Of a stretch of 64,000 nucleotides of DNA, positions 1 to 9,484 are shown one piece after another. The DNA lies in assembly GCA_041690595.1 (NCBI GenBank), contig JAWLHB010000036.1, forward strand, positions 1-64,000. Reading direction: 5' to 3'. A program made the translations under genes and the position numbers. The DNA is from Lentisphaeria bacterium. GTDB taxonomy: Bacteria > Verrucomicrobiota > Lentisphaeria > JABSQK01 > JAWLHB01. Numbering within the stretch: position 1 is the first letter of the stretch; each line of letters opens with the position of its first letter. Under the pieces are notes generated by a model. That model had not been told where the DNA came from, made no database searches, and saw nothing but the letters and a program-made list of their open reading frames with translations.

Positions 1-105
1 TCAATTTCGGCTTCATCGCCACCTCCCTGGGTTGCCATACCATAGACGATCAAGGTACCGCTGTCCATTTAAATAATCAAATACCATCAGGGTTGATGGA
101 TGCGG

Positions 106-170
106 GGCAGTATACCCAGGGTAGTCCCAGCGGGACAACCCTGGGCTAAGGGACGATGCCCCGTCAGGGC
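106..170. repeat. REP-like palindromic element, copy 1
   Basis: Stem CCCAGGGT(115-122)/ACCCTGGG(138-145) with inner GTCCC/GGGAC. The flanks closely match the copy at 35312-35373. Confidence 0.75.
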
Positions 171-265
171 ATTGGGAAGTACCTGTCCCCAGGCTGAGGA
201 GCATTGGGAAGTACCTGTCCCCAGGCTGAGGAGTGCGGGGGGAAGTACCTGTCCCCAGGCTGAGG
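169..265. repeat. Tandem repeat, ~32-bp unit x3
   Basis: GGGAAGTACCTGTCCCCAGGCTGAGG at 174, 206 and 240. The first two 32-bp units are identical. Confidence 0.9.
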
Positions 266-313
266 CTGCCACACCAACTGGACTGGCAAGGGCGGCACCA
301 CCACCGCCAGTAC

Positions 314-1648
314 CTACACCGCCTGATCCGGTCTCAGGCGCTCCGGCTGGGGAACCGGCCGGAGCGCCAGATCCGACGCAACGGGCTGGCGCAACCGGCG
401 CCAGATGGCGCTGCCCCACCAGGCAAGGGCTGCCACTTCGAGCATGCCGCTGATCCCCACCAGCGAGAAGAAGGGGGTATAGGTATCGGTCAGCACCTGC
501 ATGCCGACGCGCAGCAGGCAGCCGAGGTTGATCAGCAGGAAGGGAGCAGCCGGCCAGGGCTGGCTCGTGGCGCTCCAGCGATCCACCAGCCGCATCGCCA
601 TGCCCATCATGGTCATGGAGACGAAGCCTACCGTGATCGCGTGTCGAACGGCGCCGTAATAGGCATGACTGAACGCGATGCCGCTCAGGGACTGGTAGAC
701 CGGCATCATCAGCAGCATGAGGAAGGAAAAGAAGAGCCAGGCTCCGCCGATGCGGATGTATCGCGCCCCGGCGTGCCGCTCGTTCAGCGGTTGCCAGAGC
801 CGCCAGGGGAAGATGATCAAGGCACAACCGATCGGCAGCAGCAGCCAGGGAAGGAGGAGCAGGGCGGCAATCCAGTGGATACCGCTGTGCCGATAGACGA
901 GAAAGATGGCAATCTCGGCCACGAGGGCGGAGAGGAGCAGCCCATAGGCCCACCAGCCGCGCCGGGCTGAAGTCGGGGCGACTCCCCATAGCCGTGGAAA
1001 GAGCGTCATCGCCACCCCGAGGATCATGAAGAGCGCGACGCCATGCACCTGCAGGTCCCGCAACGGAGCCTGGTAAGTAGCCACGTACCAGATGAGCGCG
1101 TCGCGGTTGGTCGCGGTCATCGTGGCCCAACTGTGCCACAAACCCGCGCCTGCCTGTGCCAGCAGAAGAGCGACCGCGGTCAGGATGAAGGCATTGGCCG
1201 GCGTGAGCGTGGCGGCGCCGCGGCGGAAAGCCCGCCAGAGACAGGCGGCAAAGGCGGTCAGCGCGAGGATCTCCAGCGCGCCACCGAGCAGGGTCAGGGG
1301 GACGGCGGCGGCCCATTTTCCGGCTGTGGCCATGCCCGTGGTGCGCAGGATGATGCCGATCACCATGGCTGCGAGTACCGGCAAGGCCAGACGCAGGGAG
1401 GGTTGCCGCGTTCCCCACTCATCGGGAAGCAGCCGCCAGCTCGCCCCCATGATGAAGAGGCCCAGCCAACCGAAAATCTGCGCGTGACCGTGCGCGTTGA
1501 CCTCGAAAAGCGAAATGCCGTTGAACGACTTGGCGATACCGATCTGCCAGAGCAGCCAGGCTCCCCAGCTTGCCCCAAGTGTAAGCACAATGGCAATCGC
1601 AGCCCGGAAATAGGCCGCATGAACCTGCCCGGCGGTGGTACCCGTCAT
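314..1648 (-). CDS. NnrS-family membrane protein (NO response)
   Basis: 444 aa polytopic membrane protein with HGHAQIFGW and AVRHAITVGF motifs, next to Rrf2 and NO reductase. Confidence 0.7.
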   Translation of the reverse strand: MTGTTAGQVHAAYFRAAIAIVLTLGASWGAWLLWQIGIAKSFNGISLFEVNAHGHAQIFGWLGLFIMGASWRLLPDEWGTRQPSLRLALPVLAAMVIGIILRTTGMATAGKWAAAVPLTLLGGALEILALTAFAACLWRAFRRGAATLTPANAFILTAVALLLAQAGAGLWHSWATMTATNRDALIWYVATYQAPLRDLQVHGVALFMILGVAMTLFPRLWGVAPTSARRGWWAYGLLLSALVAEIAIFLVYRHSGIHWIAALLLLPWLLLPIGCALIIFPWRLWQPLNERHAGARYIRIGGAWLFFSFLMLLMMPVYQSLSGIAFSHAYYGAVRHAITVGFVSMTMMGMAMRLVDRWSATSQPWPAAPFLLINLGCLLRVGMQVLTDTYTPFFSLVGISGMLEVAALAWWGSAIWRRLRQPVASDLALRPVPQPERLRPDQAV

Positions 1649-1690
1649 CTCTTCTCTCCATTCATGGGTAGACGTTCAAAGAAAGTGAAA

Positions 1691-2128
1691 TCAGCCGTGA
1701 AGCGCTACATCGCAGAGCGGACGGCTCTTCGTTTCCCGTGTCAGCAGGTCGGTTATCGTGGTATGCTTGAAGGTCTGACGAATATGGGCGATGGCTTCAT
1801 CCAGGCAGCTGTGCATCGGGCACAGGCAGGTACCATGCGATTCAATCCCCAGCGGGCAGGTGTCGATCCGCTTGAGCGGATCCACGATGTCGAAGATGTC
1901 CAGCACTGAAATCTCCGTCGGCGGCCGGGTCAGTAGAAAGCCACCTCCCACCCCACGCTTGGCATCCACCAGCTCATGCCGGCGCAAGGTCTGCATGATC
2001 TTCGAGAGGTAGTTTGCCGGCACCCGCGTCCGTTTCGCCAGAAGCTCCGTCGTCATTGCTTCCTCCGGTTGCGTGGCCAGGCACACCACCGCTCGCAGTG
2101 TGTATTCCGCGGTCTGGCTGAAGAGCAT
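1691..2128 (-). CDS. Rrf2-family transcriptional regulator (Fe-S type)
   Basis: FSQTAEYTLRA N-terminus, wHTH with RGVGGGF, and Cys cluster CPLG..HGTCLCPMH. Confidence 0.92.
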   Translation of the reverse strand: MLFSQTAEYTLRAVVCLATQPEEAMTTELLAKRTRVPANYLSKIMQTLRRHELVDAKRGVGGGFLLTRPPTEISVLDIFDIVDPLKRIDTCPLGIESHGTCLCPMHSCLDEAIAHIRQTFKHTTITDLLTRETKSRPLCDVALHG

Positions 2129-2175
2129 CTCTCAATCTCCTGTAAGCTTTTTTGCCTAAAGTTCATTTCTGCATG

Positions 2176-2204
2176 TTGACATCCACAATAGTGGCTGATA
2201 GCTT
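2176..2204 (+). promoter_or_regulatory. sigma70-type promoter for nor
   Basis: TTGACA(2176-2181), 17 bp, TAGCTT(2199-2204), with TG of an extended -10. Confidence 0.7.
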
Positions 2205-2213
2205 ATCTGTCAA
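2185..2213 (-). promoter_or_regulatory. sigma70-type promoter for rrf2-nnrS
   Basis: Minus strand TTGACA(2213-2208), 17 bp, TATTGT(2190-2185). Confidence 0.7.
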
Positions 2214-2259
2214 GTCACCAACGAACCGCGTTTATATTTACCAAAAGGAGATTCTCGTT

Positions 2260-4644
2260 ATGAACTACACGCGCCTCTGGGTCGCACTTGCGGCGGTCAT
2301 GCTGATATCGTTTTCGATACTCGGTTACTATGGACTTCAGATTTATCGCACGGCGCCGCCGGTGCCGGAGGCGGTGGTTGGCCCGACAGGTGATGTCATC
2401 TTCACTGGGGAGGATATCCGCAACGGGCAGAATGTATGGCAGTCGATGGGCGGTCAGCAGGTGGGGTCGATCTGGGGCCATGGCGCCTATGTTGCGCCGG
2501 ACTGGACGGCGGACTGGCTGCATCGGGAGAGTCTGCTCATTCTGCACCAATGGTCCGAGGCAGAGTACGGCAAGCCCTTTGCAACCATCGGCAATGAGCA
2601 AAAGGCGGCGTTGCAGTCGCGACTGACAGACTACATACGACGCAATACTTATGACCCGGAGACGGAGACCATCACCATCGGGGAGGAGCGCGTCAATGCC
2701 GTTCGGTCGCTGATCGGCTATTACAGCGCCCTCTTCAGCCGCGCTACCGAGTTTCCGGACGATGTCAAGGAGTTTTCCGACGGGAGAATGGACCCGGCCC
2801 AATTGCGCGATGCCTACGCCATTCCCGGAAATACGTTGAAAGACGATGGTCGCCGGCGCCAGCTTGCCGCCTTCTTTTTCTGGGCGGCATGGGCCTGCGG
2901 CACCAACCGTCCGGAATTCGCGGCCGGCGCCGATGCTTCTTCCGCCGCCATCACCTATACGAACAACTGGCCGCCGGAGCGACTGATCGGCAACGCGCCG
3001 ACCGGCAGCATCATCATCTGGTCGGTGCTGAGCGTTGTTCTGCTGCTCGCGGGTATCGGCGCGCTTGCCTGGTACTACGCGGTGCTCAAGCACCGGGACG
3101 AGCCGGAACCGCATGTGGCGCCGAGCAAGGATCCCCTGCTCAATCTGAAGCCGACACCCTCGATGAAGGCGACCGTCAAGTACTTCTGGGTTGTGATGGC
3201 GATGATCCTCGTGCAGGTGGGGCTTGGTGCGGTGACGGCGCACTATGGGGTGGAAGGTCAGGGCTTCTACGGTATTCCTCTGTCGGAATGGCTTCCGTAC
3301 TCGGTCACGCGTACCTGGCACACCCAGTTGGGCATCTTCTGGATCGCTACTGCCTGGTTGGCCACCGGCCTCTTCATCGCGCCCGCGGTTTCTGGATACG
3401 AGCCGAAGTTCCAGCGCCTCGGCGTCAACTTCCTTTTTGTTTCGCTGCTGCTCATCGTTGTCGGCACTCTCTTCGGCACCTGGTTTGCCACGCGCCAGGA
3501 GATGGGATTCACCGCCAACTTCTGGTTTGGCCATCAGGGCTACGAGTACGTCGATCTCGGCCGATTCTGGCAGATCTTCCTTCTGGTCGGCCTCTTCCTC
3601 TGGCTGGGACTGATGACGCGCGCGATCTGGCCAGCCTTCAAGGATCCGGCCAACAACCGGCACCTTCTCGCTCTCTTCCTGATCGCCTCGCTGGCCATCG
3701 CCTTCTTCTATGCCGCGGGCATGATGTGGGGGCAACACACGAACCTGGCCATCGCGGAGTACTGGCGCTGGTGGGTGGTTCACCTGTGGGTTGAAGGCTT
3801 CTTCGAGGTCTTTGCGACGGTGGTCATAGCCTTTCTTTTCGTGCGTATGGGGCTGCTCCGTCACCTTACGGCCACCAGCGCGGTGCTTTTCAGCTGCACG
3901 ATCTTCCTGAGCGGCGGCATCCTCGGTACCTTCCATCACCTCTACTTCTCGGGTACGCCCACCGCCGTCCTGGCCTTGGGCGCCGTCTTCAGTGCCTTGG
4001 AAGTTGTCCCGCTGGTGCTCATCGGCTTCGAAGCTTATGAGAACTTCTCCCTCAGTCGCGCCAGACCCTGGGTCCATGCCTATCGCTGGCCGATCTACTT
4101 CTTTGTCGCCGTCGCCTTCTGGAATCTGCTCGGCGCCGGACTTTTCGGCTTCATGATCAACCCGCCGATCGCCCTCTACTACATGCAGGGCTTGAACACC
4201 ACACCCGTTCATGCTCACACCGCCCTCTTCGGGGTCTACGGCATGCTTGGCATCGGCCTCATGCTATTCTGCCTGCGCGGCCTGTCGGTCCGCCATCATT
4301 GGCGAACGGGAAGCCTCAAGTTCAGCTTCTGGTGCCTCAACATCGGACTGCTGCTCATGGTGCTTATCTCCGTTCTGCCCGTCGGAGCGCTGCAGACCAT
4401 CGCCAGCGTCAACCATGGCATGTGGTATGCGCGCAGCGCCGAGTTCCTGCAGAGCGACCTGATGGGAACCCTGCGCTGGATGCGGGTGATCGGCGATACC
4501 ATCTTCGCTGTTGGCATCGTCGCGCTCGGCTGGTTTGTCCTCGGGCTCAAGACCGGGTGGGTCATCGAGCCCGGCATCGATCGCAGCCTGGAAGATGCCA
4601 TCGACGAGGTCGACACCAAGGTCGGGCGGGGAGATACGAAGTGA
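2260..4644 (+). CDS. norZ: Quinol-dependent nitric oxide reductase (qNor)
   Basis: GSIWGHGAY, VVHLWVEGFFEVF, GTFHHLY and VHAHTALFGVYG motifs. AAGGAG RBS precedes ATG 2260. Confidence 0.95.
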   Translation: MNYTRLWVALAAVMLISFSILGYYGLQIYRTAPPVPEAVVGPTGDVIFTGEDIRNGQNVWQSMGGQQVGSIWGHGAYVAPDWTADWLHRESLLILHQWSEAEYGKPFATIGNEQKAALQSRLTDYIRRNTYDPETETITIGEERVNAVRSLIGYYSALFSRATEFPDDVKEFSDGRMDPAQLRDAYAIPGNTLKDDGRRRQLAAFFFWAAWACGTNRPEFAAGADASSAAITYTNNWPPERLIGNAPTGSIIIWSVLSVVLLLAGIGALAWYYAVLKHRDEPEPHVAPSKDPLLNLKPTPSMKATVKYFWVVMAMILVQVGLGAVTAHYGVEGQGFYGIPLSEWLPYSVTRTWHTQLGIFWIATAWLATGLFIAPAVSGYEPKFQRLGVNFLFVSLLLIVVGTLFGTWFATRQEMGFTANFWFGHQGYEYVDLGRFWQIFLLVGLFLWLGLMTRAIWPAFKDPANNRHLLALFLIASLAIAFFYAAGMMWGQHTNLAIAEYWRWWVVHLWVEGFFEVFATVVIAFLFVRMGLLRHLTATSAVLFSCTIFLSGGILGTFHHLYFSGTPTAVLALGAVFSALEVVPLVLIGFEAYENFSLSRARPWVHAYRWPIYFFVAVAFWNLLGAGLFGFMINPPIALYYMQGLNTTPVHAHTALFGVYGMLGIGLMLFCLRGLSVRHHWRTGSLKFSFWCLNIGLLLMVLISVLPVGALQTIASVNHGMWYARSAEFLQSDLMGTLRWMRVIGDTIFAVGIVALGWFVLGLKTGWVIEPGIDRSLEDAIDEVDTKVGRGDTK

Positions 4645-5735
4645 TCCCCACCAACTACACCGCGGCAGACTTCCATCACAGCCCCTTTGTTGTCTTCTAC
4701 GAGACAACCCAGGCCTGTGATCTGGTCTGCCGTCATTGCCGGGCCAACGCCCAGGCCCAAAGCAGCCCATATGAGTTACGCACGGCCCAGGCTCGGCAGC
4801 TTCTGGAGCGCTTTGCGGCCTTCCCCAAGCCGCCGATTGTGGTGCTGACCGGCGGCGATCCGCTCAAACGGCACGATCTCTTCGAGCTCGTTCGCCACGG
4901 GCGCGAGTTGGAACTGGAGATGGCCATGACCCCCTCCGCCACGCCACTCGTCACCCGAGAGGCCCTCGATCGGCTGGCGGACATGGGGCTTCACCGCCTG
5001 GCGGTCAGTCTCGACGGTTGGGATGCTGCCAGCCACGATGCCTTCCGGGGCGTCGACGGCAGCTTTCAGAGAACCCTCGAGATCCTTCGGGACGCCCGCG
5101 AGGCCGGGCTCGACCTGCAGATCAACACCACCATCACCCGCCGGAACGTGGAGCGTCTCGACGAGATGGCGGCGCTGGTGGCGGACTTCGGTGTACGGCT
5201 CTGGAGCGTCTTCTTTCTGGTGCCGGTTGGACGCGGCACGGCCGAAGCACGGATCCTGCCTGCGCAGTACGAGCAGGTATTCGCTCGGCTCTGGGCCATC
5301 ACCCGTGAAGGGAAAATCGCGGTGAAGACGACCGAAGCGCCTCACTACCGGCGCTTTGTCCTGCAACATGCGGGGCATCCCCAGGCGCTGCCGGGCAGCG
5401 GGGAGATCGATCCCACGCGGGCGCCCCTCGGCGTCAACGACGGGCGCGGCGTCATGTTCGTCTCGCACACGGGGCTGATTTACCCAAGCGGCTTTTTGCC
5501 GCTTGGGTGCGGCAAATTTCCGCGGGACGATGTGGTGCGTGTTTACCAGGAGCATCCTCTCTTCTGTCAACTGCGGGATGCCGATCAGCTGGAAGGAAAG
5601 TGTGGGCGGTGCGAATTTCGCCGAGTTTGTGGGGGCAGCCGGTCGCGCGCCTATGCCTTGAGCGGCAATCCACTGTCGGCGGAACCCGATTGCACCTGGC
5701 AGCCGGTGGCAAAAAAGTTGCAGACCGTGAGCTGA
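4641..5735 (+). CDS. Radical SAM/SPASM protein (TIGR04053/NirJ-Ahb-like)
   Basis: CDLVCRHC motif and C-terminal KCGRCEFRRVCGGSR..DC. GTG start overlaps the nor stop (GTGA). Confidence 0.88.
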   Translation: MIPTNYTAADFHHSPFVVFYETTQACDLVCRHCRANAQAQSSPYELRTAQARQLLERFAAFPKPPIVVLTGGDPLKRHDLFELVRHGRELELEMAMTPSATPLVTREALDRLADMGLHRLAVSLDGWDAASHDAFRGVDGSFQRTLEILRDAREAGLDLQINTTITRRNVERLDEMAALVADFGVRLWSVFFLVPVGRGTAEARILPAQYEQVFARLWAITREGKIAVKTTEAPHYRRFVLQHAGHPQALPGSGEIDPTRAPLGVNDGRGVMFVSHTGLIYPSGFLPLGCGKFPRDDVVRVYQEHPLFCQLRDADQLEGKCGRCEFRRVCGGSRSRAYALSGNPLSAEPDCTWQPVAKKLQTVS

Positions 5736-5751
5736 AGGGTGAGCATGGCTC

Positions 5752-5781
5752 TTGATTGTTTACGCCTCTACCTGATATAGT
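5752..5781 (+). promoter_or_regulatory. Candidate sigma70 promoter for the sensor kinase
   Basis: TTGATT, 18 bp, TATAGT with TG extension. Confidence 0.4.
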
Positions 5782-5837
5782 AGATAAGCACCGCGTCATT
5801 CTGACGAGGATCCTAACGCTTCAGGATATGGTGGCGC

Positions 5838-8423
5838 ATGAGGGATGGCAATGTCAGGTCGGGACTGAAGAGCGGAACTTCCGCGCCGCGGGAGCGTTTT
5901 GAAGTAGACGGACTCTTCATGCACTCGCGGGCCCTGCTGGCCACGGCTGCCCTCCCTGATTTCCATTGGCGACGGATCAATCCGTCGTTTACCCGCATCC
6001 TGGGCTGGACCGAAGACGAGGTACAGGCGATGACCTTGGCGGAGCTGATACATCCCCAGGACGCTGAAGTCTTCTATCTGCCTTCCGCCGGCCGTATAAC
6101 TTCTGACGCATTGCCCGCGGGCGAGCATCGGCTGCGCTGTCGCGACGGCTCCTACCGCTGGATCAGTTGGGAAGCATGGTGCGACGAAGAGAGCCAGTTG
6201 CTCTACTTCGCCGGGCGCGACCTCACCAGGCGCCGACAGACCGAACGAGCGTTGCAGGAAAGCCGGGAGCACTACCGGCACCTTGCCTCCATCATGCCGG
6301 CGGCACTCTACACCTGTGACAATACTGGAACGATCACCTACTATAACGAGCAGGCCGCCCAGATCTGGGGGCGCAGACCAGTCCCGGGTGATTCCGAACA
6401 ACGTTTCTGCGGCGCCTTCCGCCTCCTTCACCCGGATGGCTCCCCCCTTCCCCATGACCAGACTCCCATGGCACAGGCCATCAACGAAGGCAAGTCTTTC
6501 CGCAACAAGCGAGTCACCATCGAGCGCCCGGATGGATCGCGGGTCGACGTCTTGGCGAACATCGACCCGTTGTTCTCTCTGGACGGGACTATCGACGGCG
6601 CCGTCAATGTCTTAACCGACGTCACGGACCGCCGGGCGATCGAAGAGTGCCTGCTGCGCGAGCTGTCCGACATGCAGCGGATCCAGCAGGTCAGCACCCG
6701 CCTGATCCTGGAAGGTTCCACCGATTCGCTGCTCGGCGATATTCTGGACGCGGCCATCACCGTTGGGGCCGCCGACATGGGCAACATTCAACTGTTCGAC
6801 GACGAGAGCCAGGTCTTGCGCATTCGCGTACAGCGAGGCTTCGATTCGCGCTTCCTTGACGCCTTTGCCGAGGTCTCCACGGGCAGCGCTTCCGCCTCTT
6901 CCTGTGCCTCTGCCTGCGCCTGTTCGGTCGCTCTTGCAACCAGAAGTCGCATCGTCGTCGACGATGTCGCCAACAGTGCGGTCTTCTCTGACGACGGCAG
7001 CCGCACCGCCATGCTTGCCGCCGAGGCGCGGGCCTGCGTTTCCACCCCGCTCGTTTCCCGATGCGGCCGACAGCTGGGCATGCTGAGCATCCATTGGCGG
7101 CAGGTATTCACACCCATGGATCGCGTACTGCGCCTCCTTGACCTGCTCGCGCGTCAGGCAGCCGATCTCATCGAGCGTCATCACGCGGAACAGGAGCTGC
7201 GCCGTTCCCATGAGGAACTGGAGCGACGGGTGGCGGAACGGACCCGCGAGCTTCAACATCGTGCCGATCAGCTTGCGAGACTCAGCTCGGAGTTGACGCT
7301 TACCGAGCAGCGCGAGCGCCGCCGCCTGGCCCAGGTCCTTCACGACCACCTGCAGCAACTTCTGGTCGGCGCCAAATACGGCTTGAGCATCCTCGCGCGC
7401 CACATCTCGGACGAGCAACGCGAGGCCATCGGCAGCGTGCAGGAATTGCTGGATGAATCTATCGAAGCTTCACGGTCGTTGACGGTAGAGCTGTCGCCGA
7501 CCATTCTGCATGAGGCAGGGCTCGCTGCCGGCCTGCGCTGGCTGGCTCGCTGGATGGAGGAGAAGCACGGACTTCAGGTCGATCTGAGCCTTGATGAAGA
7601 GGCTGGAACAGAACGCGAAGACTTGCGTGTCCTCCTCTTCCAGGCCATCCGCGAGCTTCTCTTCAATGTCGTGAAGCATGCCCAGACCAATCATGCGCGG
7701 CTTGTCCTCTCCGCGGAGGAAGGCGGGTTGCTCCGGGTGACAATCAGCGACGATGGCGTCGGTTTCGATCTGGAGGATACCGTCACAAGCATGCCACGGG
7801 TGCATGGCGGCTTTGGCCTCTTCAGCATTCGCGAGCGTCTCATGTTGCTCGGCGGAAACATGCAGATCCAGAGCAAGCCAGGCAAGGGATCATCCTTTAT
7901 TCTCACCGCCCCCCGCAAACCAATCGCCGCCGCGGAACTCCTCGACATTGACGATCTTCAGATCGCCGACAAGGAGCGGCCACCACGCCAGAGCCGCGCC
8001 AAGCGCAAACAGAAAGCCAATGACCGGATACGCCTCCTCATTGTGGACGACCATGCGGTCATGCGCCAGGGACTTTGCTCTCTGCTGGTGGAGGAGGAGG
8101 ACCTTGTCGTCCTGGCGGAGGCCGGCGATGGACCACAGGCTATAGCCCTCGCGCAGCAGCTCCAGCCGGATGTCGTGCTGATGGACTTCTCGATGCCCGG
8201 CATGGACGGCGTCGAAGCCACCCGTCGGCTCAAGGCGGCCATGCCCCACGTGCAGGTGATCGGTCTCTCCATGTACGAGAAGACCGACCGCGCCGAAGCG
8301 ATGCTCGCCGCCGGCGCCGCCGCCTACCTCACCAAGAGCGGCAACTGCGAAGTGCTCATCCAGACGATTCGCCAAGTCAGTCGCGCCGCTGCCGCCGCCG
8401 TTCCCGGGTCGGCGGAGGCATAG
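5838..8423 (+). CDS. Hybrid sensor kinase PAS-PAS-GAF-HisKA_3-HATPase-REC
   Basis: ERRRLAQVLHDHLQQ H-box, DDGVGF and GFGL boxes, and C-terminal receiver (IVDDH..DVVLMD). Exact start uncertain. Confidence 0.9.
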   Translation: MRDGNVRSGLKSGTSAPRERFEVDGLFMHSRALLATAALPDFHWRRINPSFTRILGWTEDEVQAMTLAELIHPQDAEVFYLPSAGRITSDALPAGEHRLRCRDGSYRWISWEAWCDEESQLLYFAGRDLTRRRQTERALQESREHYRHLASIMPAALYTCDNTGTITYYNEQAAQIWGRRPVPGDSEQRFCGAFRLLHPDGSPLPHDQTPMAQAINEGKSFRNKRVTIERPDGSRVDVLANIDPLFSLDGTIDGAVNVLTDVTDRRAIEECLLRELSDMQRIQQVSTRLILEGSTDSLLGDILDAAITVGAADMGNIQLFDDESQVLRIRVQRGFDSRFLDAFAEVSTGSASASSCASACACSVALATRSRIVVDDVANSAVFSDDGSRTAMLAAEARACVSTPLVSRCGRQLGMLSIHWRQVFTPMDRVLRLLDLLARQAADLIERHHAEQELRRSHEELERRVAERTRELQHRADQLARLSSELTLTEQRERRRLAQVLHDHLQQLLVGAKYGLSILARHISDEQREAIGSVQELLDESIEASRSLTVELSPTILHEAGLAAGLRWLARWMEEKHGLQVDLSLDEEAGTEREDLRVLLFQAIRELLFNVVKHAQTNHARLVLSAEEGGLLRVTISDDGVGFDLEDTVTSMPRVHGGFGLFSIRERLMLLGGNMQIQSKPGKGSSFILTAPRKPIAAAELLDIDDLQIADKERPPRQSRAKRKQKANDRIRLLIVDDHAVMRQGLCSLLVEEEDLVVLAEAGDGPQAIALAQQLQPDVVLMDFSMPGMDGVEATRRLKAAMPHVQVIGLSMYEKTDRAEAMLAAGAAAYLTKSGNCEVLIQTIRQVSRAAAAAVPGSAEA

Positions 8424-8446
8424 CAGGGACGATCACGTGGTCGGAA

Positions 8447-9439
8447 TCAGCTGTTAATCGCCGCCTGGCGCCCTTCCCTGGCGGAACGATAGACCGCTTC
8501 GGCAATCAGATTTGCCTTCAGTCCATCCCGGGCGCTGACAGAGGGCTCCTCATCCCCTTCCACGCAGCCGAGGAAGTGGGCGATTTCCGCCGTAAAACGG
8601 TCGGGCTTCCCGGTGCAATCGACGGTGATCCACTCGCGGCTGTCCGCCAAGCGATAGCAGAGATCGGGATGCGTGGGATCGAAGTAGGAGATGATCGCGG
8701 TCCCTTTGGTGCCATACCACTCGACGGCATTCTGCGTCACGCGCAGGCTGTAGGTGCAGGTGATCTCGCCAAAGGCCGCCTCCCCCATCGAGAGGAGCAT
8801 GATGCCGAAATCCTCGATATTCATCTCCTGCGCGATGTTGGCGGTCACCGCCTGTGCATGCGTCGGGTCTCCGACAAGATGGCGGAAGAGATCCATTGAA
8901 TGGCAGCCGTGATCCACGAGGCAGCCGCCCCCGGAGAGGGCGCGATTTGCCCGGTGATTGGTCGTCATGTTCCCCCAGCCGCCAAAGAAGTTGCGGAAGA
9001 GCTGTGGTTCACCCAGGACGCCATCGTCGATGAGCTTCTTCAGGGCGATGACCGGCGGGTGAAAGCGGTGACAGAAGGCGGTCATGAAGGGAGTCTCATC
9101 ATGGCGCTCGGCGAGCCGGCAAAGGGCCTGCGCCTGGCCGGCGTCCACTTCGAGTGGCTTCTCGCACAGCACCGGAATACCGGCTTCCAGAAAGGGACGG
9201 CAGTTCTCCAGGTGAACGGCGGGGGGTGTGCAGATGCTCACCGCGTCCAGTTGGAGGTCGATCATCGCCTCCATGGAAGCAGCAGCAATTGCCCCGGTCT
9301 TTGCGGCCATGGCCTCTGCCGCCGCCTGAGCGACATCAAAGACCGCCACCAGCTTCGCGCCGTTGGCGGCGTACCCGGCCACATGGGCATTGGCGATCCC
9401 CCCGCATCCCACAATTCCGATCCGCATTCGTTCCGGCAT
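8447..9439 (-). CDS. Gfo/Idh/MocA oxidoreductase
   Basis: IGIVGCGGIA, CEKP and GGGCLVDHGCH motifs. Confidence 0.92.
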   Translation of the reverse strand: MPERMRIGIVGCGGIANAHVAGYAANGAKLVAVFDVAQAAAEAMAAKTGAIAAASMEAMIDLQLDAVSICTPPAVHLENCRPFLEAGIPVLCEKPLEVDAGQAQALCRLAERHDETPFMTAFCHRFHPPVIALKKLIDDGVLGEPQLFRNFFGGWGNMTTNHRANRALSGGGCLVDHGCHSMDLFRHLVGDPTHAQAVTANIAQEMNIEDFGIMLLSMGEAAFGEITCTYSLRVTQNAVEWYGTKGTAIISYFDPTHPDLCYRLADSREWITVDCTGKPDRFTAEIAHFLGCVEGDEEPSVSARDGLKANLIAEAVYRSAREGRQAAINS

Positions 9440-9484
9440 GATGAAGACTCCTCGTCTTGACCTGTTTGTGATATGGAGACATGA

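Noticed and set aside
1..30. Gene start on the minus strand (GGAGG RBS, ATG at 16, MKPKL)
   Set aside because: Only five codons lie inside the window, too little to support a call.
169..265. CRISPR array
   Set aside because: The 26-bp cores are separated by only 6-8 bp, with no unique spacers and no cas genes.
2260..4644. NO dismutase instead of qNor
   Set aside because: The HLWVEG..E, HH and HAH ligand motifs look canonical for qNor.
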